DNA from: Alphaproteobacteria bacterium
GTDB taxonomy: Bacteria > Pseudomonadota > Alphaproteobacteria > GCA-2731375
Length of the DNA: 64,000 nucleotides
Direction of reading: 5' to 3'
Assembly (NCBI GenBank): GCA_965225945.1
Contig: CBDDBZ010000037.1
Coordinates: 1-64,000 of the forward strand
A program made the translations under genes and the position numbers. Below are positions 1 through 11,237 of this stretch, in pieces. How positions within the stretch are numbered: the stretch's first letter is position 1; every line of letters begins with the position of its first letter. Below the pieces are notes generated by a model, which worked only from the letters and a program-made list of their open reading frames with translations, was not told where the DNA came from and did not search any database.

Positions 1-2
1 CG

Positions 3-1250
3 CGGGCGCAATCGGCCAATCTGGAAGCGATCGCCTACCTCGAGAAGGGAATCGCGATGTTGCGGAAAATTGCCGACAACGAGACCCACGCGCGCCAGGA
101 GCTGGCCCTGCAGGTCTCGCTGGGCCATGCCAACATCGTCGCAAAGGGGCACGGGTCGGCGGGAGCGGAAGCGGCCTACGCTCGGGCCTTGGCGATCTGC
201 GAGCGGCTGGGCGACGTTCCGGAGCTGGTCCCGACCCTGTTCGGTCTCTGGCGCTTTTATGTCGTGGCTCGGTCGCTCGATGAGGCCAACGACGTGGCCA
301 TGCAACTACGCCGCCTCGCCGAGGAGAAGCAGGAAACCGAGCGCCACGTCGTCGCCCATTATGCGCTCGGCTATACCACCCTCTGCATGGGCAGGCTTGG
401 CGATGCGCGTACCAACCTCGAGTCGGGAATCACCCGATACCTGCCGAGCCAACGTAGCGCGGAGATCTACCGTGCGGCGCAGGACCCCGGTGTCGCCTGC
501 CGCGCTTACCTAGCGATGACGGAATGGCTGCTCGGCTTTCCCGAGCTGGCTCGGGGGCGTATGCGGGAGAGCGTGGCTCTCGCCGAGGAGCTGGGCGATC
601 CTTTCAACTTGGCTTACGCGCTCTGCTTTCCCGGCGCGATGGTCTCCGAGATGTCCGGCGGCGACACCGGCACAGTGGTCGAGCGAGGCTTGGATGTCGC
701 TACGGAAGGGGGATTCTCGTTGTGGGTAGCGTTCGCAAAGGTGCACCGAGCGAGCCTGCGCTACGAAGATCAACGTTCGGATTTGGTGCTCGACGAACTC
801 CGCCGAAGCGTCGTCTCAATACCCGAGATCGGCGTCCTCATCAATTCGCCCTACTACATGTCGCTGCTCGCCAGGGCCTATCGGGAGGCGGGAAGGATCG
901 ACGACGGATTGCGGGTCCTCGACGACGCCCAAGAGAGCATCGAGGCGCGGGGCGAGCGTTGGTGGGAGGCCGAGGTTCTGCGCTCGAGAGGCGAGCTTCT
1001 GCTCTCCCGCTCGCCCGCCGATGGCGACGATGGGCAAGCCTGTTTCGCGCGGGCGCTCGATATCGCTCGGCACCAGAATGCCAAATCGCTTGAGCTCCGG
1101 GCGGCGACGAGCCTGGCTCGGCTCTGGCGATCGCAGGCCAAGAGCAGCGAAGCCCACGACCTTCTCGGGCCAATTTACGACTGGTTCACCGAAGGCTTCG
1201 ACACGCCCGACCTAAGGGACGCGAAGGCGCTACTCGACGAACTGAATTAG
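3..1250 (+). CDS. C-terminal TPR region of a STAND-like ATPase/adenylate cyclase-TPR protein (5' part outside window)
   Basis: Frame open from the window edge (RAQSANLEAIAYLEKG...). Family-typical motifs QDPGV, WWEAE, AKSLELRAATSLARLW and WFTEGFDTPDL. Confidence 0.85.
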   Translation, partial: RAQSANLEAIAYLEKGIAMLRKIADNETHARQELALQVSLGHANIVAKGHGSAGAEAAYARALAICERLGDVPELVPTLFGLWRFYVVARSLDEANDVAMQLRRLAEEKQETERHVVAHYALGYTTLCMGRLGDARTNLESGITRYLPSQRSAEIYRAAQDPGVACRAYLAMTEWLLGFPELARGRMRESVALAEELGDPFNLAYALCFPGAMVSEMSGGDTGTVVERGLDVATEGGFSLWVAFAKVHRASLRYEDQRSDLVLDELRRSVVSIPEIGVLINSPYYMSLLARAYREAGRIDDGLRVLDDAQESIEARGERWWEAEVLRSRGELLLSRSPADGDDGQACFARALDIARHQNAKSLELRAATSLARLWRSQAKSSEAHDLLGPIYDWFTEGFDTPDLRDAKALLDELN

Positions 1251-1254
1251 CAAG
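1174..1254 (+). repeat. 81-bp near-identical copy shared with 13385-13465 (3' end of STAND-TPR genes)
   Basis: 78/81 identical by manual alignment, extending 4 nt past the TAG stop. Confidence 0.9.
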
Positions 1255-1321
1255 TTCACGCGCCGCGCCGCGTCGACGTGTGTGCTGGCCTCGCCGAGAC
1301 GGACCAGGGCGGCAGGCAGGG
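1255..1321. repeat. 67-bp dispersed direct repeat, copy 1 (copy 2 at 4453-4519)
   Basis: 65/67 identical; minus strand reads LPAALVRLGEA(S/R)THVDAARRV, like a TPR-protein C-terminal fragment. Confidence 0.85.
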
Positions 1322-1432
1322 CGGCGCCGAGATCCCGACGCGGCGCGACAGCTCGACGTTGGTGATCCGCCCGTGGTCGCGCAGCTCGGCCAGGATCCTG
1401 AGGTCGATCTGGTCCAGCTTCACCCGCTGCAT
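1313..1432 (-). pseudogene. Lrp/AsnC family regulator, HTH fragment only
   Basis: MQRVKLDQIDLRILAELRDHGRITNVELSRRVGISAPPCL, then runs into the 67-bp repeat. Confidence 0.8.
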
Positions 1433-1525
1433 CCTCGGCCCTCCGTCCCCGCTGTCGCGCAATAATATTACTCATTCGCCCGAACGCAAGGATCATCGGG
1501 GCGAATGGGTGGGCCCGAGCCCGCC

Positions 1526-1917
1526 ATGGCTATCACCGGGCGGCGCGCGCTGGTCGATCCGGGCGGTGGTGTCGAGCACCTGGAGGCCGCAATCGCCGAA
1601 AACCGGGTCGAGATCGAGAAAATCCTGGTGACCCATGGCCAGCTCGACCACGCGGGCGCCGCCGCCCCGATGGCCTCGCGCCTGGAGGTGCCGATCGAGC
1701 GGCCGCGGCGCGGCGACCTGTTCCTGATCGAGAGCGGTGCTCGGTCGGCCGCTCGAACCTGCCGCGGGGCGATCCCGAAACGCTGATCCGGGCGATTCGG
1801 AGTGAACTCTGGCCCTTGGGCGACGACACCGGCTTCGTTCCCGGCCACGGCCCGCTCTCGACCTTCGGCAACGAGCGGCGGACCAACCCCTACGGCTCGG
1901 ATTTCGTCGAGATCTGA
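1526..1917 (+). pseudogene. YcbL/glyoxalase II-like MBL-fold hydrolase remnant with internal deletion
   Basis: ALVDPGG..EKILVTHGQLDHAG in one frame and GDPETLIRAIRSELWPLGDDTGFVPGHGPLSTFGNERRTNPY in another; middle missing. Confidence 0.75.
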
Positions 1918-2069
1918 GTGTCCGGGCGCCGCCACGACGTCGGGTTCACCGCCAACGCCCGATGTTCCATTAGGTAATGCTAAATGGCAAGGGCCGACCC
2001 GGAGCCGAAATTCAAGCAACAACATCCGCCTCGGCATAATCCTCTCGTTGTACGCCATCGCATTAACGG

Positions 2070-3017
2070 TCATCTTGCAACGTGGTTGCTGATCGGCGGC
2101 AGCGACTTGATGTAATACGCGATCGCGTCGAGGTCGTCGCCACTCAAATGGCTGAGCCCGTCCTCGATCGCCTCGGCCATGAGGCCTTCGGCGGCCTCGT
2201 AGTCGGGCTTGGTGCCCATCTTGAGGAAGAACACCAGCTGATCTTGCGACCAATCGCCGATGCCGGTGGCGTCGTCGGATGTGATGTTGGGCGCGAGGTC
2301 GCCTTCCGGGCCGTCCACCGTGCCCGCCATTCGCATGGTCCGGTCCAAGGCGCCGGCGAAATTTCGCGGCGTGTGACATTCGCCGCAATGGGCGAGCGTC
2401 GTGAGATAAGCGCCACGGTTCCAGGCTGGGTCCCGGTTCGGCTCCGGCTCGAACCGCCCGGCGTCGAAATACAGTGCCTTCCAGGAGCCGATCGTCCAGC
2501 GCCAGCCAAACGGCGGCGAGACGTCGTGGCGGCGATTTTGCCGCGTCACCGGCTTCAGGGAAAACAGATACGCCTTGATCGCACGGGCGTCGTCGTCGAG
2601 CATCTTGGTATAGCTGGTGTAGGGGAAGACCGGAAAGTAGTGCTCGCCGTCCGGGCTCAGGCCATTCTTGAGCGCGCGCAGGAAATCGTCGTCGCTCCAG
2701 GTGCCGATGCCGGTCTCCGGGTCGGGCGTGATGTTGGGGCTGTAGCAAGTGCCGAACGGCGTCTTGAGCCCACGCCCGCCGGCGAAGGCCGCGCCCTTAG
2801 CTTTCTTGTCGGTGTGGCAGCCGACGCAGCCGGCGGCGTGCACCAGATAGCTGCCCCGTGCGATCAGCCCATCGTCGGCGTACGACGTTTCCGGCGTCAG
2901 GTGAGCGAGTTGCAGCGCGACCAAGATGATTGATGCGCCGCCGCCGAGGCGCCATAACGCCGCCCGGTCTCTCGCGGGCTCGCCACCTGTCGTCGGGATC
3001 GAACGCCGGCGCATCAT
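2070..3017 (-). CDS. Periplasmic di-haem cytochrome c
   Basis: CVGCH and CGECH motifs, SPNITPD..TGIG.WS and APNITSD repeats, N-terminal hydrophobic stretch; start uncertain. Confidence 0.85.
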   Translation of the reverse strand: MMRRRSIPTTGGEPARDRAALWRLGGGASIILVALQLAHLTPETSYADDGLIARGSYLVHAAGCVGCHTDKKAKGAAFAGGRGLKTPFGTCYSPNITPDPETGIGTWSDDDFLRALKNGLSPDGEHYFPVFPYTSYTKMLDDDARAIKAYLFSLKPVTRQNRRHDVSPPFGWRWTIGSWKALYFDAGRFEPEPNRDPAWNRGAYLTTLAHCGECHTPRNFAGALDRTMRMAGTVDGPEGDLAPNITSDDATGIGDWSQDQLVFFLKMGTKPDYEAAEGLMAEAIEDGLSHLSGDDLDAIAYYIKSLPPISNHVAR

Positions 3018-3294
3018 GGCGCGCCGAACACCGTCGGCATCGAACGTCCGGCGTCTACGCCCGGACCCGACAACCGAATTTCGCCCGTGGCTGATCCATG
3101 CCGCTACACCGCCCGACCCATCGCCCGCCCCGCCGACGCGGCGCACCGGAACCGTCCGGATCGACGTCGCAGTCGCCGATCCAGCCCGCCGAAGCTATCC
3201 GGCGGGCCTCTATGCTCCGAGCGATCTCACATCGGATGTTTCCAAGCCGACCGCGGCGATGCGCCGCGAGCCGGCAATCATCCGGCCCGGGCGC

Positions 3295-3543
3295 CTATTT
3301 CATTTTCTTGCGCCGCTCGGCATCCCGAATATCGTAGTGGCAAGCACTGCAGGCCGCCAGGACCGCGCCGATTTGCGTGGCCATTTTCTGCTCTTCACCG
3401 GCTCTGGCCAAATCGGCGAGGATCTTGGCTTCGGTGGCGACCTTTGCGTGCCCCTTCCTGGTTTCTTCAGAGAGCCTAGCGATATTAAAAATATATGTTT
3501 CTCTTGCCGCCAGACCATCTGCTATTTTCACGGCTCGTTTCAT
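3295..3543 (-). pseudogene. Class II cytochrome c (c'-like) C-terminal fragment
   Basis: C-terminal CSACH after helical sequence, upstream of the cytochrome c gene; no signal peptide in frame. Confidence 0.45.
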
Positions 3544-4452
3544 GCTCGAATAGGCCGGTCAGGGCGGCCGTTTCTATGCTCTGAATGTCATTTAGGCCGG
3601 GCAGTTATGGTCTGGCCGGGCCATCGCCCCGGAGCCTATCACCGGCTTTGGCGCGGTGTGTTTCGGCTTTTGCGCCCAAGACTGTCGGCTCCGGGTGAAA
3701 AGCCTGACGGACCCGATTTCCTTGAATGGCCAGTGTCCAAAGGCCGACCGATTTTGAACGGCTAAACGAAGGCGATCCCCGGGCCAATTTTCTGACGCGC
3801 ATGATGGCGAGCCGGTACGGCAGTTGGGCTTCCGGCTCGAGCGTTGCGATGACATTGCCCGGATGACTTGACGGATAGGATCATTACCGGCCGACAGTTG
3901 CAGGTCGCCATGATGCCGTCTGGCCGGGTTTGGCCTACGGCCTCCAGCGGGTCTGTGCGGCCTGGGGTTTTGCCCGTTCCTCGTACGCCAAATCTAAGCC
4001 CTCGTGACGCCATCGAGGCCGCGATCGGAGCAAGAGGGTCTGCGTGGCATCGAATGTCGGTCGCCCCATCGTGCCGGCGTAATGTCGTAGCATGTTCCGG
4101 CGGGTGTTCCTGCCGGTCACCGCCATGGGGGCCATGCTCTCGGCTTCGGCCCTTCAGCCGATCTCCATGGGGCTTGCGAGGCTGTATGCCTCGACCTTGG
4201 CGGCTTGCGATCAATATCGGGAGTTCTGGGGCAAGCCGTCCTCGCTCGAACAGCCCCAGACCAACGGCGTCGCCGAGAGGTTCAAAGAAGGAAGTGGCCG
4301 AGTCGGGCTGCGGAACGCCGTCCGCGGGTTCGCCGGCCCTTCGGTGGGCATGGCGTACATGCGAGCCGGGTGGATACACGTACATGCGAGCCTGGTAGTT
4401 GGGGTGGCAATGCGGCATCGTCTGGTCGATAAAGACCAAGGACAGACGCGAT

Positions 4453-4519
4453 TTCACCCGCCGCGCCGCGTCGACGTGTGTGCGGGCCTCGCCGAGACGG
4501 ACCAGGGCGGCAGGCAGGG
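4453..4519. repeat. 67-bp dispersed direct repeat, copy 2
   Basis: Matches 1255-1321. Confidence 0.85.
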
Positions 4520-4648
4520 AGGAGGTCGAATTCAAACTCCCCCGCTTGACCGTCCGGGTGCTTGGCGGGCACGGTATTGCCGTGCTTTTCCGGGGGATCG
4601 TGCAAAGTCGCTGCCGGCCGACCGGTCGAGCTGCAAAACAGGGGTGTC

Positions 4649-5716
4649 ATGAACAAGGGCTACAACACGTTGATCATGGGGGCGTCCTATGGCTCGCTTC
4701 TGGCGGCCAAATTGTTGCTCGCCGGCCATTCGGCGAAGCTGATCTGCCTGCCCGAGGAGGCCGATCTGATCAACGCCGAGGGCATCCGCGTGCGCTTGCC
4801 GGTGCGGGGACGCGACGGCCACGTCGAGATCGATTCACGCGACTTGCCGGGCCGATTGTCCGCCGGCGGGCCGGAGGGCGCCGAACCGGGCGAATACGAT
4901 CTGGTCGCCTTGGCCATGCAGGAGCCGCAGTATCGCTTGGCCGGCGTGCGCGAGCTGTTGGATCGGGTGGCCACCTCCGGGGTGGCGTGCATGTCGATCA
5001 TGAACATGCCGCCCTTGCCCTACCTGGCGCGCATTCCGGGACTCGATACCGCGAGCCTGCGGGGCTGCTACACCGACCCGAGCGTCTGGGACAGCTTCGA
5101 TCCGGCGCTGATGACGCTCTGTAGCCCGGACCCGCAGGCGTTTCGCCCGCCCGAGGAGCCGCTCAACGTGCTGCACGTCGGCCTGGCGACGAATTTCAAG
5201 GCGGCCCGCTTCGAAGCCGACGGCCCGACCGCCATCCTGCGCCACATGCAGGCCGACATCGAAGCGATCCGCCACGACCTCGCCGGCGAGCGAATCGAGC
5301 TGCCGGTCAAGCTCAAGGTACACGACTCGATCTTCGTGCCGCTGGCCAAGTGGCCGATGCTGCTGACCGGCAACTATCGCTGCGTCCAAAGGCACGAGAT
5401 GCGCGCGATCAAGGAGGCCGTGCACGGCGAATTAGAGCTGTCGCGCGCGCTCTATGCCTGGGTCGGGGAGGTCTGCGGACGCCTCGGCGCCGATCCCGCC
5501 GACCTGGTGCCGTTCGAGAAATACGCTCACGCCGCGAACGGCCTGATCCGGCCCTCCTCGGCGGCCCGCGCGCTTGCCGGCGGTGCCCGCGACATCGAGC
5601 GCGTCGACCTCCTGGTGCAGACCATCGCGGGCCAGCAGGGCATGCAGTCCGACGTCGTCGACGAGATCGTGGCTCTGGTCGATTCCTGGCTCGCCGCAAA
5701 TCGGCAAGCCGCCTGA
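4649..5716 (+). CDS. Conserved protein with ketopantoate-reductase-like Rossmann fold
   Basis: LIMGASYGSLL N-terminal dinucleotide-binding-like motif, LAMQEPQY, SIMNMPP; 355 aa with typical codon usage. Confidence 0.7.
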   Translation: MNKGYNTLIMGASYGSLLAAKLLLAGHSAKLICLPEEADLINAEGIRVRLPVRGRDGHVEIDSRDLPGRLSAGGPEGAEPGEYDLVALAMQEPQYRLAGVRELLDRVATSGVACMSIMNMPPLPYLARIPGLDTASLRGCYTDPSVWDSFDPALMTLCSPDPQAFRPPEEPLNVLHVGLATNFKAARFEADGPTAILRHMQADIEAIRHDLAGERIELPVKLKVHDSIFVPLAKWPMLLTGNYRCVQRHEMRAIKEAVHGELELSRALYAWVGEVCGRLGADPADLVPFEKYAHAANGLIRPSSAARALAGGARDIERVDLLVQTIAGQQGMQSDVVDEIVALVDSWLAANRQAA

Positions 5717-5732
5717 GCTTCGTTCGTGACCG

Positions 5733-5810
5733 GGGCATTTCTCGTGGCCCGCGAGGCCAGGGCGGTCATGCCGCCGGGCGGATCCATCGTCTTGATCGGC
5801 TCGATGGCGA
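5733..5810 (+). pseudogene. Short SDR oxidoreductase internal fragment
   Basis: GAFLVAREARAVMPPGGSIVLIGSMA. Confidence 0.5.
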
Positions 5811-5928
5811 AGTGCATGGCTGAAGCCGCCTTGCTCCGCTTCCCGAAGCCATTGCGGCGCTTCGGCTCCTGGCCATGAGTGCGCCTCGTGGCCAGGTCCA
5901 CCTGACGCATGGTCCGCCCGCGAAACAC

Positions 5929-5948
5929 GATATTGGATATCCAATATC
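5929..5948. promoter_or_regulatory. Perfect 20-bp palindrome, possible GntR-type operator
   Basis: GATATTGGATATCCAATATC in an AT-rich intergenic stretch. Confidence 0.5.
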
Positions 5949-6165
5949 CGATTCCGACCCGTATACCACCATCATTTCCGCCGTTCTCGTTGCTCCGCAA
6001 GAGCAACGGTTTCTCGCGATAATGCGATTTAAATGCGCCGCCGCCGACGCGGTGTCTGCGGCTCGGAGGTAATTTCCACCAATTACGGCGCCGAAGATAC
6101 GGGCGCATTGGACTTCGAACGCGTCTGTTCCAAGCGACCGCAACCGGCAACCGGAATTGGGGCGC

Positions 6166-8056
6166 GTGCTGGTGGATAGTCTCACGCGTAGGCTCGCCGC
6201 CATCGTCTCGACCGACGTCGTGGGCTACTCCCGGCTGATGGGCGAGGACGAGGAAGGCACGTTGACGACCCTGCGCGGTCATCGGGCCGATCTGATCGAC
6301 CCGAAAATTTCCGAACACCACGGCCGCATCGTCAAGACCATGGGCGATGGCTTGCTGATCGAATTCCCCAGTGTCGTGGAGGCGGTGAAGTGCGCCGTCG
6401 AGCTGCAGCAGGGGATGGCGGCCCGAAATGCCGACATAGCGGAAGCGAGCCGCATCGAATTCCGCATCGGCATCAACCTCGGCGATATCCTCATCGAGGA
6501 CGACGACATCCATGGCGACGGCGTCAACGTCGCCGCCCGGCTGCAGGAACTGGCCGCGCCCGGCGGCATTTGTCTATCGCGCGCGGCCCGGGACCAAGTG
6601 CGTGACCGGATGGACGTCAGGCTCGACGATAGGGGTGAGATCGCGGTCAAGAACATCGCCCGCCCGGTCCATGTCTTCCAAGTGCTGAACGATTCCGACG
6701 CCGCCCAGGCCCCCGCCGCTTCGACCCACGCGACCCGCAAGCCGAAGCGGCTCGCGGCGATGCTGGTCGTCGTTTTGGCCCTGGCCGGCGGTGGCGCCGT
6801 CGCCTGGATGCAACCCTGGAAGGCGGCGCCGGCATTCGAGCCGCGCGGCGCTTCGGCGAGACCATCGATCGCCGTGCTGCCGTTCTCGAACCTGAGCCAG
6901 GACGCCGAGCAGGAATACTTCAGCGACGGCATCACCAATGACCTCATTACCGACCTCTCGAAATTCACCGAGCTTCTGGTAATCGCCAGCAATTCTGTCT
7001 TCACCTACAAGGGGAAGCCAGTGAAGGTGCAAGAGGTCGGCCGCGACTTGGGAGTCCGTTACGTTTTGGAAGGCAGCGTGCAGAAGATGGGCGAGCGGGT
7101 CAGGATCAACGCCCAGTTGATCGATGCCCGCACCGACCAGCACCTTTGGGCGGAGCGATATGACGGGGGCGTTGCGGATCTTTTCGAACTCCAGGACCAG
7201 ATCACGGAACGCGTCGTTCGCACGCTTTCGGTCAGACTGACCAGTATCGAGCGAGAACGTGCTTTTAAAAAGCAAACGGACGACCTCGACGCTTACGACT
7301 ACGTTTTGCGTCGTTCGGGGTTACTTCGACGTTTCAAAAGAACAGAGAACTTCGAAGCACGACAGCTGTTTCGCCAAGCGATCGACCGCGATCCGGACTA
7401 TGCGGGGGCCTACGCCGGTCTAGGCAACACTCATCTCCAAGCGGTGAAATACGGTTGGACCGGATCCATAAAAGCAGAGTTGAAACGGGCGGAACATTTA
7501 GCTCGCAGAGCTCTGGCCATCGACGACACGAATGTCCGTGCTCACCGTCTGTTGGGCGAGATCTACCTATTTTCTGTTGGGCGAGATCTACCTATTTTTG
7601 GGCCGATACGATCTCGCCTTGTTCGAGCTGGAACGGGCGATTGCGATTAATCCGAATGACGCGGCGAGCCACTCGATACAAGGGACTGTTCTGCTTTGGT
7701 CGGGTCATCCCGAGGGGGCCATCCTCGTTCTCGAGACAGCATTGCGCTACGACCCGATATTGGACCCGAGCGGATTGGCGAATTTGGGTTTGGCTTATTA
7801 CCTCAAAGTTCGCTACGATGACTCGATCAGGGTGTTGGAACGTTGTGCGAGGCGAAACCCGGATTTCCTGTACTGCCATCTCATACTTACCGCGGTTCAC
7901 GGTCAGATGGGCCGAAAAGATGACGCGACGCGCTCGGTTCTGACCGTACGCCGTCTCGCTCCCTTTTTCACGACCGACGAGTATGGCAGCTTGTTCCGTG
8001 ACCCGGCCGACGCCGCGCGGGTCGTCGACGGACTCCGCAAGGCCGGCTTGAACTAG
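6166..8056 (+). pseudogene. Class III adenylate/guanylate cyclase-TM-TolB-like-TPR protein, frameshifted
   Basis: RRLAAIVSTDVVGYS, KTMGDG, GDGVNVAARL, SIAVLPF, EYFSDGIT; frame broken by the 25-bp tandem duplication at 7549-7598. Confidence 0.9.
7549..7598. repeat. Exact 25-bp tandem duplication
   Basis: CTGTTGGGCGAGATCTACCTATTTT x2. Confidence 0.95.
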
Positions 8057-8079
8057 ACAGATGCACCTGAGATGGTGGC

Positions 8080-8595
8080 TTAGCCTCCGAGGTTGTTGCG
8101 AAGCTGATCCCGGTTCTTCTCCCAATTGTAGCTGGCATTGCCGATCAGCTGTTCCGGCGCCTTTCGGAAGACATCGTCGCGAAACTTCATCGAATAATTC
8201 AGGTACAGCTTGCCTTCGATAATGGTCCAGGCTTTCGGATCGCCATCGGCGTATTCGCCGGCCGACACCCCGAGCGCGCAATAGCCGCCATACTGCGGCG
8301 CGTAGCGTTCCGGGTTGGCGGTGAAGAGATCCCGGTTGCTCGCACTCGCGAACCGCCAATGCGCGTCCTGCCAGACGTGCTCGAACTGGCTCTTGCCCTT
8401 CGTCGGCTTGCCGTCGGTGAAATAGGCGACGGTGTCGTAGCCGTGAATCGCCACCTGCTCGGCATTCACGTTGTAGTCTGAAATTTCAGCCTTGGGTGAC
8501 AAAGCAAAAAAGCCCGCCAGGGCAATCGCGATCACGCCAACTGAAACTATTCCCAGGATGGCCGTACGGAAAGATTTAGAAGCTCGACTTAGCAT
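8080..8595 (-). CDS. Secreted YHS-domain-containing protein
   Basis: Signal-like N-terminus; AIHGYDTVAYF, WRFAS, PQYGGYCA, GKLYLNY. Confidence 0.9.
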   Translation of the reverse strand: MLSRASKSFRTAILGIVSVGVIAIALAGFFALSPKAEISDYNVNAEQVAIHGYDTVAYFTDGKPTKGKSQFEHVWQDAHWRFASASNRDLFTANPERYAPQYGGYCALGVSAGEYADGDPKAWTIIEGKLYLNYSMKFRDDVFRKAPEQLIGNASYNWEKNRDQLRNNLGG

Positions 8596-11237
8596 GATAC
8601 CCCCTCCAGTGGCTTGGCTCGATCGTAGGCCCTCGATGTTGTCCACACCCGCGACGGAAGCGAGATGGCGCTCTCCAAGAACCCTCCTTCCGGCATTCCA
8701 ATCGCCACGTGATGGTCGGAGCAATAGAGCCAACCACCTTGTAGGGTGAGGTTACCCTCGAGCCGCTGACACAATGACGGCAGCAGCGCATACATTTCGC
8801 ATAATCGTGCTCATGACGCTTTTTTTGCGGCTGGAGCGTGCTATAGTCTCGGCAGGGAATCAAGGCGCTTCACCGATGGCCGATCTAAGTCTCAGGCTCC
8901 TCGGCGGGTTTGAAGTCAGTCGCATTTCTGCGCCGACGATAGCTTTTCGCACCCGGAAGGCTAAGGCCCTTTTGGCCTATTTGGCCTCGCCTCCGGGACA
9001 GGTACACTCACGCGACAAGCTCGCCGCCGTGCTGTGGGAGAACAGCGACCAAGATCACGCGCGTAAGAATCTACGACACACCCTCGCTCTTTTGCGCAAA
9101 GCCGTGTCGGACAAGACCGCCCAGATCATCGTCAGCGACAATGACAGGCTGTATCTCGACCCAGAGACAGTCGAGGTCGATGCCGTCACGTTCGATAGGC
9201 TCGTTGCTCGCGGTGCGCCCGACGCGCTCGAGCAAGCGATGACGATCTATCAAGGCGAGTTCCTCGATGGCTTCGAGTTAAAGGAAGACACCTTTCTCCA
9301 GTGGGTTGCCTCGGAGCGCGCGCTCTTGCACGAAAAGGCGCTTGCGTGTCTGACGAAGCTCTTGGAGCACTACCTTGCCACCGGGAAAATCGACCAAGGT
9401 ATTCAATTGGCTCTCAGATTGCTCACCAACGACCCGCTTCAGGAATGGGTCCACGGCGCTCTGATACGATTGTACCTGCAACAAGGGCGGCACGGCGCCG
9501 CGCTCCGGCAGTATGAAAGCTGTCGAGAGGTGCTCGAGCGCGAACTCGGGATCGTGCCTGGACCTGAAATCGAGAGGCTCCACCAAGAGATCCGGAGCAA
9601 TCGCCGCCGATCCGAGCAAGCTGCCAGGCGCGACACCATCCTCGGCGGTGGCGCCGCGCCCGAGGTCCAGGGTGTTGCGCACGACCAAGGATACGCGGCG
9701 TCGCTCAGCACGTTCGTTGGCCGCGAGCACGAATTGGGACTGGTATTGGAATGCTGGCGCCGGGCCGAGGATGGCGAGGGCCAAGTTGTCCACATTACCG
9801 GCGAACCCGGTATCGGCAAGTCCCGAATTATCCAAATGCTTCAGGTGCGGGTAGCGGACCGTTCCCACCTCCGGCTGCGCTATCAATGCTCGCCATTTCA
9901 CACCAACAGCGCCTCCCATCCCATCATCGCCCAGTTGGCGGGAGCCGCGGGGTTCACTGCCGCCGACACGCCTGAGACAAAGCTCGATAAGGTGGAAGTC
10001 CTGCTGGCGCAATCGAGCGACAGGGCTGGCGACATTGCACCACTATTTGCCGCCTTGCTGTCGATCCCGACGGGCGAGCGCTATCCAGATCTGCAACTCA
10101 GCCCGCAAGCCCACAAAGAGCGGACCATGGAAGCGTTGATTGCGCAACTCTTCGCGCTTGCCGAGCGACAGCCGGTCCTGGTGATCGTCGAGGATGCGCA
10201 GTGGATAGACCCGACAACCGAGGAGTTCTTCGACCGTGTGATCGGGCGGTCGCAAGCCGCCCGGATCCTGACCGTCGTCGCCTACCGCCCGGAGTATTCC
10301 CCACCCTGGGACGGAAACATCCATGTTACCAACCTGACGCTGAACCAGTTGAGTCGGCGACAGGCAGCGGCGCTGGCGGAGAATGTCGCGCGAAGCGTGA
10401 CCTTGAGGAGTGAGCTGAACGAGCAAATTGTTTCTCGGACCGACGGCGTGCCGCTCTTCGTCGAAGAGTTGACCAAGGCGGTGTTGGAAGCGACCGGATT
10501 GTTCGCCACCAGAGACGGTTCACGCGAGGGCGAAACATTGCCTGAATTGACGATTCCGATGTCACCCATGGAATCGTCAATCGCTCGTCTCGACCGTCTT
10601 GGCCCAGCCAAGGAGGTCGCTCAGGTGGCGTCGGTGATCGGCCGCGATTTCTCGGCTGATCTGCTCGCGGCCGTCATTGTGCTCGACAAAATTGAGCTGG
10701 GGTCGGCGCTCGACGATCTCATGGCGGCCGAGTTGGTGTTCCGTCGCGGTTCGACGGTCCCGAAGAGCTATGTCTTCAAGCACGCCCTGATCCGAGATGC
10801 AGCATACGAGGGGTTGCTGCATGGCAAGCGGCAGTGGTTGCATGGCGCGGTCGCCGAGGCGCTGGTGCGGAAACATCCCGAGATCGCGAACAGCGAACCG
10901 GAACTGCTCGCGCATCACTATACGGAGGCCGGTGAGGCGGTAACGGCGATCGCGCATTGGCAGCGCGCCGGCGAACGAGCCATCGAGCGTTCGGCCAATG
11001 TGGAGGCGGTCAACCACCTCGCCCGCGCGCTCGAATTGCTCGAGGGCCTGCCCGAAACGTCGGATCGTGACCGACAGGAACTCGATCTCCAACTCACTCT
11101 CGGTGCGGCGATGATTGCGCCCAAGAGCTATTCCAGTGAAGACGTGCGGCTTGCTTTTGCCCGTTCGCACCAGCTTTCTCGGGGCGTGGGCGACGTGGAC
11201 CAACGCTTCAAAGCCGTCAAGGGTTTGTGGAACTGCC

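Noticed and set aside
4092-4652. ORF with PQTNGVAERF resembling an integrase-core motif
   Set aside because: Only about 10 residues match, with no other DDE motifs or element ends.
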